Positions 20,249-28,810 are shown, counted from the first letter of the stretch. The stretch is 64,000 bases of DNA from Candidatus Omnitrophota bacterium (GCA_043820815.1 JBDRDJ010000005.1:105517-169516), one strand, 5' to 3'. Notes: generated by a model from the sequence alone, not told the origin. Translations and numbers: made by a program.

Positions 20249-21148
20249 AGATATACGCCTTGCCTATAGGAAGAGATTTAGTGTCCCCTGGAAAACAGCC
20301 TCCGCCGGGAGGATGATAATAGGAATAAGCCGGCGGCCACCCCCAGGGTCCCTTCGGAACTTCACAATTACCCCATTCCCCCAGATAAACTTTTTCTTTA
20401 AATTGTATATTGTTTATAACCGGGCAATGGTTCTCAATAGGAGGGTTATCAGGTGGACAAAGCCTGCACGTTTCATTTTGCCCGGTACAATTATAACTGC
20501 AGTAATAATCAAAATGGACATTAGTTCTTCCTGCGCTTCTCCATTTTTCTCCGTCGTGCCAGCTAAGCGCATTGCCATTGCTTAAATCAACTACAATATC
20601 GCCGGTATCGCCTTCAGGTTGGTTGTTTACGCGGGGAAAGCTGTTAAGGTCAGCGGCCTTGAGCCTTATTCCGTTAACACCGCCGACATGAAGGGTCCTT
20701 TCTGCATCGTTAACACCAATGCCTATTCTACCGTTGCTATTTATAAACATTGCAAAATCAGCTTTGCCTGGGCTGCTGCCAATACCAAGAGGAAATTGTC
20801 CGTGGACACTATTTATACCGGTATCTCTTACAATATCTAAAGTAGCGGCAGGGGAAGTTGTGCCAATACCTAATCTTGAGGCAACAGTCAAGCCTCCAGG
20901 TGTTGGCTGGCCTGCGCTTGGATGGCCAGGGGGTATCTAAGCATATCCTCGGAATCAACATCGCCGTCACCGTCAACATCCCCTATGACTTCGTGGTTGG
21001 TAACGATTATTTCTCTATATAATCCGTAAGGCGAGGGGTAATAGGTAGTAAGGGTTATTTTTTCATCAGCCTGCTGGCAGAAAAGAGAGGATTGAAAGGA
21101 AAAACATAAAAAAGATACGAATAAAATAAAAGCAAACTGTCTTAACAT
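20235..21148 (-). pseudogene. Paralog P3 broken by a frameshift in a G5 (plus-strand) homopolymer at 20929-20933; one extra G restores a single ORF of about 304 aa
   Basis: The ORF at 20888-21148 encodes signal peptide + EKITLTTYYPSPYGLY + GDVDGDGDVDSEDMLRY. The frame of 20235-20891 continues upstream as IPPGHPSAGQPTPGGLTVASRLGIGTTSP..., matching the neighbours. The two frames meet in the CCCCC run. Confidence 0.65.
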
Positions 21149-21243
21149 TCCTGCGTCTCCCCTGAATATCAGCTAAATTAGTAAATATGAGTACCATATA
21201 AGTGTAACATATTTTTTAATTAAAAACCACCTTTTTTTATGAA

Positions 21244-21272
21244 CTAATAGCGTAAAAGGGGTCAGTGTGACC
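21244..21272 (-). terminator. Hairpin GTAAAAGGGGTCACACTGACCCCTTTTAC downstream of btuD
   Basis: Perfect inverted repeat plus a U-rich tail on the minus strand, immediately after the stop at 21277. Confidence 0.5.
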
Positions 21273-21276
21273 CCTT

Positions 21277-22053
21277 TTACGCAAGAAAAACATAAGGGGT
21301 ATTAGAAGACGGGTGATTTCCAATTTCGACATTAGTTTGATAAACATCTTCGATTATTGCCTTGGTGATAACTTGGCCGGGCAAGCCTTGTGAATGGGCT
21401 TTTCCCTTATTAAGAAGAACCAATCTGTCACAATATTGAGATGCAAGGTTTAAATCATGTAAAATCACAATAACCGTAAACCCTTTTTCTTTATGCAGCC
21501 TTTTTAGAAGGTTTAAAATCTTAACTTGATTGCCTATGTCAAGATGGCTTGTTGGTTCATCTAAAAGTAAAAGCAAAGGTTCCTGGGCCAGAGCTGCGGC
21601 AATGCTCGCAAGCTGCCTCTCGCCTGAGCTGATCTCAAGCAAAGACTTACCTTTAATATGTTCCGTATGAGTGCCTCTAAGAGCAGAATGAACTGCGGCT
21701 AAATCATTTTTAGTCTCAAAAAACTGAAATCTTCTAAAATGAGGGGTTCTTCCAAGCAGTACATATTCTTCAACTGTTATGGGAATATGCTCTTCAGTTT
21801 GGCTTACAACCGCGATTTTCTTTGCAAGCTTAGTTCTCTTTATATTAATTAAATCCTCATCGTCGAAAATAATCTTGCCCGATTTTATTTTAAGAATCCC
21901 TGCGACTGCCTTGAGCATGGTTGTTTTGCCGGAACCGTTTGGGCCGATTATTCCTATAAAACCCCCCTTCTGAACAGTTAAATTGATCCCTGATAGAGAA
22001 AAATTATCATAACCGCACTCAAGATCAAATATTTCAAGTAATTTAGAGCTCAT
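21277..22053 (-). CDS. btuD: ABC transporter ATP-binding protein (iron-siderophore/cobalamin family, BtuD/FepC-like)
   Basis: Walker A GPNGSGKTT, signature SGERQ, Walker B LLLDEPTSHLD; adjacent to a FecCD permease and a binding protein. Confidence 0.8.
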   Translation of the reverse strand: MSSKLLEIFDLECGYDNFSLSGINLTVQKGGFIGIIGPNGSGKTTMLKAVAGILKIKSGKIIFDDEDLINIKRTKLAKKIAVVSQTEEHIPITVEEYVLLGRTPHFRRFQFFETKNDLAAVHSALRGTHTEHIKGKSLLEISSGERQLASIAAALAQEPLLLLLDEPTSHLDIGNQVKILNLLKRLHKEKGFTVIVILHDLNLASQYCDRLVLLNKGKAHSQGLPGQVITKAIIEDVYQTNVEIGNHPSSNTPYVFLA

Positions 22054-23057
22054 AAATATCTCTTTTTGCCCAAAGCATATATAAAAACTGAACCGCCGAT
22101 TATTCCCGTAATTACCCCTACGGGAAGCTCAAGAGGTAAAATAATTGTCCGGGCAGCTATATCGCAGGAAATAAGAAATATTGCCCCTGCCAGATAAGAA
22201 GATAATAAAAGTATCCTGTGGTCACGGCCGCAAACTATTCGCATAAAATGAGGAACAACTAACCCGACAAAGCCTACGATTCCGCAGACAGAGACAAAAA
22301 CTCCCGTTAAAAGGCTTGCCATAAGAAAAATTATCTTTTTTAATCTCTCAACATTTAAACCTAAATAAGCGGCCTGTTCTTCCCCCAAAGACAAAGCGTT
22401 CAACCGCACAGATAAAAAGCAAGCTGTTATCAGCCCGAGGAATGAACACAAAGCGGCAAGCTGCGTTAATTTCCAATCGGCCTTGCCCAAATAACCCATT
22501 GTCCACATAACAATACCGTGTAAATCTTCTGTCTTTGAAAGCGCCATTACAAGCATAATCAACGACGAACTTATATAGCTTACCATGACTCCTGAAAGCA
22601 ATACGCCTTTTAATTCAAGCAGGCCTTTTCGCAGGCTGATAGAATATAGAAAACAAACAACCAAAAGCGAGCCCAGAAATCCGGATATAGCAAGAGAGGC
22701 ATTGCCTAATATGGCAAAACTTCCTCTTAACCCCAAGCTTAAGCTGACCCCCAGACAAGCGCCCCCTGAAATACCTAAGGTGTAAGGCTCAACAAGCGGG
22801 TTTCTAAACATCGCCTGAAGCATAACACCGACAAGGCTTAATCCCCCTCCCACAGCTAAACCTAAGACAATCCGCTGAAAACGCAAATTCCATATAATAC
22901 TGAAGGCAATAGAATCATGTCTGCCAAATAATGAAGCTATAACTTCTCTTGCAGAATATCCTATCGTGCCTGTTTTTAAGGAAACAAAACAAACTCCTAA
23001 AAGTATTAGCAAAAGCGTAATTATACAAAAAGCGTAGCGGATTATCTTTTTATTCAT
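22050..23057 (-). CDS. btuC: FecCD-family ABC permease (BtuC-like)
   Basis: 335-aa polytopic protein with the typical FecCD layout (..GLAVGGGLSLVG.., ..TGIIGG..); translationally coupled. Confidence 0.8.
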   Translation of the reverse strand: MNKKIIRYAFCIITLLLILLGVCFVSLKTGTIGYSAREVIASLFGRHDSIAFSIIWNLRFQRIVLGLAVGGGLSLVGVMLQAMFRNPLVEPYTLGISGGACLGVSLSLGLRGSFAILGNASLAISGFLGSLLVVCFLYSISLRKGLLELKGVLLSGVMVSYISSSLIMLVMALSKTEDLHGIVMWTMGYLGKADWKLTQLAALCSFLGLITACFLSVRLNALSLGEEQAAYLGLNVERLKKIIFLMASLLTGVFVSVCGIVGFVGLVVPHFMRIVCGRDHRILLLSSYLAGAIFLISCDIAARTIILPLELPVGVITGIIGGSVFIYALGKKRYL

Positions 23058-23913
23058 TGTCAGGATGAATTATTTTCACAAATTCCTTTAATGCCTGTAA
23101 GAACGCAGCCGGGTTCGGCCTGGTTACAACATCGGCGCAAACGAAGTGTATCCGATTGTTCTTTACCGCACCAATAGATTCAAAACTCCTCCACAGCTTC
23201 ATTTCTTCTTCCTGGATGATACCCATTGACGCAATAATGATAATATCGGGGTTTTTCCTAAGAACTTCTTCGCGTGAATAAATCCCCTGGGGGCTGTCTT
23301 TGGCAATATTTACTGCCCCGGAAAATTCAATAAGGTCATTAACAAAAGAGTTCTTATTAACGGTAAAAAGGGGCTTTGCGCCGATTTGAACGAAAACCTT
23401 CGGGCCTGCTTTACTTGATACAGAACCGCGTATTTCATTGATTTCGTTTTTTACATCACCTATCATTTCTTCTGCTTCTGCTCTTTTTCCTATTAACCCG
23501 CCAAGGCGGATAAACTGTTCACAGAGATCATCGAAATTAACAGGCTCGGCAAATACTGCCGTATTGATATTAAAATTTCTAAGAAGATTCTTATCATTAT
23601 CAGAAAGCATAGTTGTAACCAAAACTAAATCCGGCTTCATGGCCAAAACCTTCTCTATATTGATACCGGTGAGAGTGCCAATTTTTTCTTTTTCTTTAGC
23701 AAAAGCCGGACGCGTGCAGTATATCGTGTCAGCAATAAGTTTATCTTGGGCACCAAGAGCATAAATTCCTTCGGTCAATGCCGGGCTTAATGAGATTATT
23801 CGCGAAGGCAATTTATCCTGTGTGTAACCGTAATCACACAAAAAAATGAAAATAGCTGCATAAATAAAATTTAATTTTGATAAATTCATAACGGAAGAAA
23901 ATCGCAATAGCAA
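23050..23913 (-). CDS. btuF: Periplasmic substrate-binding protein (BtuF/iron-siderophore class III)
   Basis: Signal peptide, RIISLSPALTE...KPDLVL motifs typical of BtuF-like binding proteins. Confidence 0.75.
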   Translation of the reverse strand: MLLRFSSVMNLSKLNFIYAAIFIFLCDYGYTQDKLPSRIISLSPALTEGIYALGAQDKLIADTIYCTRPAFAKEKEKIGTLTGINIEKVLAMKPDLVLVTTMLSDNDKNLLRNFNINTAVFAEPVNFDDLCEQFIRLGGLIGKRAEAEEMIGDVKNEINEIRGSVSSKAGPKVFVQIGAKPLFTVNKNSFVNDLIEFSGAVNIAKDSPQGIYSREEVLRKNPDIIIIASMGIIQEEEMKLWRSFESIGAVKNNRIHFVCADVVTRPNPAAFLQALKEFVKIIHPDNE

Positions 23914-24554
23914 AACCTGTCGTCTCTTAACACAATTTCACCTTTGACAAAGGCAACCGGCTCTTTAAAAATTGGCCCGTCAAAGACAAAAGAGTGGAAT
24001 TCTCCGTTTTCACCGCAATGGTCAACTCCCTCTGGCAATTCAGAAACAAGGCCTTTTGAAAATAACCTCCCGGTGAATTTCTTATCAAGCCTTTTTGTAT
24101 CTACACAAGATAAAGCAGCCTTGAACCCATAATTTATAAACGAATCAGCAAGCTTTTTTGTATCCTTTCCCCAAAGAGGAAAGATTGCTTTTAAGCCTGC
24201 CTCGCTTAATTTATCCTCCCGGTAACGCCTTAAATCCTCAAGAAAAATATCGCCGACAACAACAGATTCAACCCCGTTTTTCTTGTAATTTAAAAGGGTA
24301 TTTTTCATTTGCGCTTCATAATCTCCGTTTGCAGCGTCTTTGGTAATGAAAACTTTTTCAAGACAAATACCTAAGCTTAGGGCTTGCTGTTCAAGAAGAG
24401 ACGTTCTTACGCCGTGCATGCTTATTCTGTCATAATCGCGGGTAACTGTTGTAAGCAGGGCGGCGACTTCATATTGTTTTGTTTTTATTATTTCATAAAG
24501 CGCGAACGCAGAATCTTTACCGCCACTCCAAGAAATTAGGACCTTTTCTCGCAT
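23886..24554 (-). CDS. PP-loop ATP pyrophosphatase, Dph6/MJ0570-related (COG2102-like)
   Basis: N-terminal SWSGGKDS PP-loop; overall pattern of diphthine-ammonia-ligase-like alpha/beta ATPases; embedded in the riboswitch-controlled btu operon. Confidence 0.65.
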   Translation of the reverse strand: MREKVLISWSGGKDSAFALYEIIKTKQYEVAALLTTVTRDYDRISMHGVRTSLLEQQALSLGICLEKVFITKDAANGDYEAQMKNTLLNYKKNGVESVVVGDIFLEDLRRYREDKLSEAGLKAIFPLWGKDTKKLADSFINYGFKAALSCVDTKRLDKKFTGRLFSKGLVSELPEGVDHCGENGEFHSFVFDGPIFKEPVAFVKGEIVLRDDRFCYCDFLPL

Positions 24555-24599
24555 GATTAATTAACGGTGCAGGCAGGCCTGCACCCTACAATCCAATTA

Positions 24600-26555
24600 T
24601 TAGAATTCGCATTTAAAACCGGTGTAGAGAGATAGTTTTTCTTCCTGATAACCCTTGATTCTTTCGTAATCTTTATTTAATAAATTATTCACCTTTATAA
24701 ACAACGTTGATTTATCATTAAGCCGGTAGTTGCAATTTAAATTAACTAGAGTGTAAGGCTTCATAGGAACAAAACTATCCACTGCCCCAACCCATATTCT
24801 ATCAGTTCTCGAGCCTGCGTAAATAAAATCTAAAATTGTTTTTAATTTCTTAAATTCCCATGTAATATTAAAATATGCCTTATGCCTGGGCACGCGGATT
24901 AAGGCACGGCTGAAAATATCCACTAAATTATCGTCAACAAAATCCTGCTCACCGTTTAAATGCGTATATCCGGTTTCAATTTTTAAGGCTTCATCGGGCT
25001 TATAATCAAAAGAAATCTCAACTCCCCTCATTTTCTGCTTAGCGGCATTTTTGTATTCTCCCTGATAAAGCGAAGGATTTGTAAATACAAAATCAATTAA
25101 TCCTTTCAAATTGGAGTGAAAGTAGGCAAAATTAAGCGATATTTTATCGCCAAAGGCTTGCTTGAAGCCGGCCTCCCAGGTTTTTGACTCTTCCGGTTCA
25201 AGATTGCGGTTTCCGTTTGATGAAAACAGCTGATACAAAGACGGTGCTTTAAACCCCTCTCCGTAAGAAAAGAATAGATTAGAATTATCAATAGGGCTGT
25301 AAGAAACTCCTGATTTCACAACAGAATGATATTTAAAAAGAGGGCTGTATTCACGCCGGTATGAAAAATCTACATTTAGATTTTCCCATGGGTTTATAAT
25401 CTGCTCAACAAACCACCCCTTGGCATAGCTGCTTACCTTAGGCGAATCAGAAGCATACCCAAAAGCCCAGGCGTAATCATAGGTATACCTGTAGCTGTCC
25501 ATATGCTCCTGGGTATAATCAAAGCCTACGAGAGTCCTGTATTCATTTAAAGGCCGCAGCTCGAAATGGTTTGACAGCTGATAAGTGCTGCCTTTATACC
25601 AACCTCTTGTATATTCATCAGCGCCGCCCTCATTGTCATCAAAAACTTTCCTGTAAATCCTGGTATAGCCGGCCTGGATTTTATAATCAAGGCAATCGAG
25701 TAAATTTTTCTTAATGTAAGTAGTGCCAAAAAACTCATTACCTATATTTAGATTATCAGGGTCATCTTCGGGAAATCCGTCTAAGTTATCGTCATCATCT
25801 ATCTCAGTTCTGGAATGTGAGCCTCTCATATAAAGGGCCATCTCAAGATTTTGCGGTTCTTGATAATTTAACCCCAGTGTAAGATTTGTATTCTGGTAGG
25901 GGTCACGTTCAGGGTTGTTATTCTTTTCTTTTGCTTTTGAAATACCTTTTGAATCAACCCGGGCAATATTAAAAAGATAGGATAAATTATTTGATTCTCC
26001 GCCTAATTCTAAGCTTTCTTGAAATGTATCGTGAGAACCGGATAAAGATGAAATATTGATATGCGGCCGGCCAGCAGGCCTTTTAACAAGAAAATTAACC
26101 GCACCTCCTATAGGAGAAGATCCGTAAAGGGATGAAAGGGGGAATTTTACAATCTCTATTTTATTGAGGCCGGTTGCGAGAAAGTCCGAAGGCACGTAGT
26201 AGGCTGATGTATTTGAAGGGTCATAGATTTTTAATCCTTCAAATAAATAGGCAGTATGCCTTGTTCTTGCTCCTCTTATATAGATTCCCTCAGAGGAACT
26301 TCCGAGCCTACCTCCGCCTATAACATCAACGCCGGTTATGCCTGAAAGAGTTTCGCCGGCAGTAAACAGGTTTTTGCCTTCAATATTCTCTTGGCCTAAA
26401 ACATTAACATGAATATCGTGATATTTTGACTCTACCTCAGTCTTTGAAGGCGTGATTACTAAATTGCCCAGGTCAACGGGATCCTGGCTGTAACAGACCA
26501 GGGATACAAGACACAAGACCGCAGGCAATAATAATTTTTTTAATAATTTTGGCAT
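24600..26555 (-). CDS. btuB: TonB-dependent outer-membrane receptor (cobalamin receptor BtuB-like)
   Basis: Signal peptide, TonB-box-like DLGNLVITPSKTE, plug and barrel, C-terminal ...FKCEF ending in Phe; first gene after a cobalamin riboswitch. Confidence 0.8.
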   Translation of the reverse strand: MPKLLKKLLLPAVLCLVSLVCYSQDPVDLGNLVITPSKTEVESKYHDIHVNVLGQENIEGKNLFTAGETLSGITGVDVIGGGRLGSSSEGIYIRGARTRHTAYLFEGLKIYDPSNTSAYYVPSDFLATGLNKIEIVKFPLSSLYGSSPIGGAVNFLVKRPAGRPHINISSLSGSHDTFQESLELGGESNNLSYLFNIARVDSKGISKAKEKNNNPERDPYQNTNLTLGLNYQEPQNLEMALYMRGSHSRTEIDDDDNLDGFPEDDPDNLNIGNEFFGTTYIKKNLLDCLDYKIQAGYTRIYRKVFDDNEGGADEYTRGWYKGSTYQLSNHFELRPLNEYRTLVGFDYTQEHMDSYRYTYDYAWAFGYASDSPKVSSYAKGWFVEQIINPWENLNVDFSYRREYSPLFKYHSVVKSGVSYSPIDNSNLFFSYGEGFKAPSLYQLFSSNGNRNLEPEESKTWEAGFKQAFGDKISLNFAYFHSNLKGLIDFVFTNPSLYQGEYKNAAKQKMRGVEISFDYKPDEALKIETGYTHLNGEQDFVDDNLVDIFSRALIRVPRHKAYFNITWEFKKLKTILDFIYAGSRTDRIWVGAVDSFVPMKPYTLVNLNCNYRLNDKSTLFIKVNNLLNKDYERIKGYQEEKLSLYTGFKCEF

Positions 26556-26585
26556 GTTAACCTCCTTTATTTGTTGTTATTTATT

Positions 26586-26610
26586 ACGGGCGGCCGCAAG
26601 GGCCGCCCGT
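26586..26610. repeat. GC-rich hairpin repeat, copy 2 (ACGGGCGGCCGCAAGGGCCGCCCGT, perfect 10-bp stem)
   Basis: Same family as 2988, 46831 and 48046; lies between the riboswitch terminator and the btuB RBS. Confidence 0.7.
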
Positions 26611-26613
26611 ACA

Positions 26614-26660
26614 ATAAAAAACCCCCTATACCGCTCGCTTTCACAAGTGATATAGGGGTG
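26614..26660 (-). terminator. Intrinsic terminator of the riboswitch expression platform
   Basis: Minus strand CCCCTATA...TATAGGGGG followed by TTTTTTATT, just downstream of the aptamer. Confidence 0.6.
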
Positions 26661-26694
26661 CACCCTTATTTACTTTGCCCTATAATTAAAAAAA

Positions 26695-26895
26695 TTTAGG
26701 TTCTATTTCCGCGCAAAACCTAAAGTCACATACTTATTCAGCAGGTCTTCTGACTTACCCGCTCTTTTAACGCCTTCCCATCCTAATTTATTCGGAAAGT
26801 GGCTTAAGTGTTAAAAGAGTTTTCTCATCTTAAGAGAAACAGGATCACAGCTCCGGGAGAGCTGCCGAATTTCACGGCATTCCCTTTTAATCCAT
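26695..26895 (-). promoter_or_regulatory. Cobalamin (AdoCbl) riboswitch
   Basis: Minus strand carries GGGAATGCCGTGAAATTCGGCAGC...CCCGGAGCTGTGATCC...GCCACT...GGGAAGGCG...AGTCAGAAGACCTGCTG. This matches the cobalamin aptamer core (GGGAA..GGTGAAA.TCC..GC.G.CCC.GC.ACTGT) and B12 box (AGYCAGGAGACCTGCC). Confidence 0.8.
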
Positions 26896-27088
26896 ATGGC
26901 ACTGAATCAGTAAATTAATCAAATTTTTAAAGAGCTGATTTATTTTACATGAAGGAGATGTTGTGTCAAGCTTTTTCGGAATACGGATAGCGACCGAAGG
27001 GAGTCCTGAGCGAGACCGAAGGTCGAGTCGAAGGGCGGATTGCGTGATGCGTTATTGTTCGGTGTTGGTTATTTGCAGGCACGCATTA

Positions 27089-27511
27089 TCAAGCACCAGA
27101 AAGGTAAGACTTTACCGTTTTAAGATAATCGCTAATTACTGCGGGGATATTTTGAAGTTTATCGTAAACAATTTCGTGGTCTAAAGCCGCGTATTCGTGA
27201 ACAAGTATATTTCTGAACCGGGCCAGGTCGATAAGTTTTTCTTTTAACTCACTGTCAATAATATTATTTTCAAATAAGATTCTTGGTATCTCAGCATAAG
27301 TATCGGGCTTGCGAAACTTCTTTTCGCTGATAATTATTTCTCCGATAGTTAGATATGCTTCCAAAGCTAAATGAAGCTCCCTTTCGGCCAAATCATGAAT
27401 CTTCCAATCAGAAAGAAATTTATCACGTGAACATTTCTTAAGCTCATTCAGCTGTTTTGCATAACGCTCTAACTCTAATAAATACTTGGCTATTTTTTCC
27501 TGATCAACCAT
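27089..27511 (-). CDS. hepT: HEPN-domain toxin HepT (DUF86)
   Basis: 140 aa with the C-terminal R-x4-HxY motif (RNILVHEY); directly downstream of an MNT-type nucleotidyltransferase. Confidence 0.8.
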   Translation of the reverse strand: MVDQEKIAKYLLELERYAKQLNELKKCSRDKFLSDWKIHDLAERELHLALEAYLTIGEIIISEKKFRKPDTYAEIPRILFENNIIDSELKEKLIDLARFRNILVHEYAALDHEIVYDKLQNIPAVISDYLKTVKSYLSGA

Positions 27512-27516
27512 AAAAG

Positions 27517-27927
27517 TTAACCATCTTTTATCGCCTGCCTTGTATATTTATCAAGATAAGGCTTCCAGTCCAGATATTTAAGTATAGTTATCTGCTCATA
27601 ATCAAGTCTCAGTTTTTCATCGGCGCAGTAAATAAGTTTGCCGTCACGCAGAATTCTTTGCGCTAAGAAAGGGCTTGCATTGTTTAAAAGCACAAGGTCT
27701 ATCTCGTCAGTCTTAAGGGCATCGTTTAACCGGCCAAGCAGTTCTAATTTCTTTCCGGAATATTCCTTCCTATCCAATCCTCCTATATACAAAGCAATGT
27801 CAATATCACTCAAAGGACCGGTTGAGCCTTTTGCCTGTGAGCCAAAAAGATAAGCAAACACAACACCGCTATCTCTACATACAGCGTTTATCTTCTCCCC
27901 GATCTCTTCTCTGTTATGCTTTGCCAT
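27517..27927 (-). CDS. mntA: Minimal nucleotidyltransferase MntA (antitoxin, pol-beta-type NTase)
   Basis: GS-x10-SDID motif (FGSQAKGSTGPLSDIDIAL) of the pol-beta NTase fold; 136 aa; 5-nt gap to hepT. Confidence 0.8.
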   Translation of the reverse strand: MAKHNREEIGEKINAVCRDSGVVFAYLFGSQAKGSTGPLSDIDIALYIGGLDRKEYSGKKLELLGRLNDALKTDEIDLVLLNNASPFLAQRILRDGKLIYCADEKLRLDYEQITILKYLDWKPYLDKYTRQAIKDG

Positions 27928-27933
27928 ACAGAG

Positions 27934-27968
27934 AATATACCATATTTTAATGGGGACATCAATGAAAA
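27934..27968 (-). promoter_or_regulatory. Putative sigma70 promoter for mntA-hepT (TTGATG, 17 nt, TATATT)
   Basis: Minus strand TTGATGtccccattaaaatatggTATATTctctgtATG. Confidence 0.4.
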
Positions 27969-28029
27969 AGGAACGCGATTACGGGAATGGGAAGAGACAT
28001 TGTACCCCCCTCCCCGTGAGGCCGCTGAA

Positions 28030-28810
28030 ACCACAGAGGCCGCAGGGTGTAGGTCGAGTAGACCCGTATTTCAGAGCCCCTCACAGAACCGTACGTGCGG
28101 ATTTCCCGCATACGGCTCTTGAGTAAATTTCCATCAGTATACGATTATGCGTATCACATTATCAACCCCTACCGCTTTATTCCTGTCAAGCGTATAGAAG
28201 CTCGCCTTTAAGGATTCCTTGTTAACATGTTGCATTATGTTGACAAACTTTCGCTTAGAATCCCTTGCGGCATACTGACTTAGTGTGGTTAATTTCGTTC
28301 CCACTGTTTTCCTTTGAACTTTGAGTTCATACAATGTTTCCTTAACCACATTCAACTTACTCCTAACCCCTTCGAGCAGCTTTAAGCTTTAGCGGCGTTA
28401 CCCGCTATTGACTCTAATATGGATTAGTCCGACTACCATTCATGTCGTACTATTGCCTTACTTCTTCAGCTTAAGCACTAGCTTAATTGGAAACATGATG
28501 GTCATCCCAAGTTCCAATGCAAACATTCGATAACCCACGGTGGCTTACTACCCCGGCAGGACAACATATCCTTGCCATAGCGTTTATGCTGTTACTGGTT
28601 TCCAGCACTTGAAAACTTTAACCCACTGCTACATGTCTATTTCGGGGCTAAAAATCCTTCACTTGTGTTACCGTTGATTATCTCCTTCCCCTTGGCTTTG
28701 CACGATTTGTTACCGCCTCGTACACAAGGTTCAGTACCTCCCTGATGGCTAATCTTTAAGAGAGTTAGCTTTTACATACTAACCTGTCTGCATCAGCTTT
28801 CTTGGCGCAC
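28030..28810 (-). mobile_element. ORF-degenerate group II intron (about 0.78 kb), probably class C: inserted in intergenic DNA immediately after a stem-loop
   Basis: 5' end GTGCGCC (revcomp of 28804-28810). Domain V GAGCCGTATGCGGGAAATCCGCACGTACGGTTC (revcomp of 28086-28118) matches the DV consensus. A 73-aa RT N-terminal remnant sits between. The exon flank just 5' of the insertion forms the hairpin TCAAGTCTCAACTTGA. The 3' boundary is approximate; D6 was not resolved. Confidence 0.75.
28134..28355 (-). pseudogene. Remnant of the group II intron-encoded reverse transcriptase/maturase (N-terminal 73 aa only)
   Basis: The translation ...LYELKVQRKTV...FVNIMQHVNKESLKASFYTLDRNKAVGVDNV resembles the RT0/N-terminal region of intron-encoded proteins (..L...I...NL..A...V..NKGAAGVDG..). 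The ORF stops 16 nt before DV. Confidence 0.6.

Noticed and set aside
26963-27184. 73-aa plus-strand ORF upstream of hepT
   Set aside because: Overlaps the hepT 3' end on the opposite strand and is made largely of the GC-rich repeat element; no motifs.
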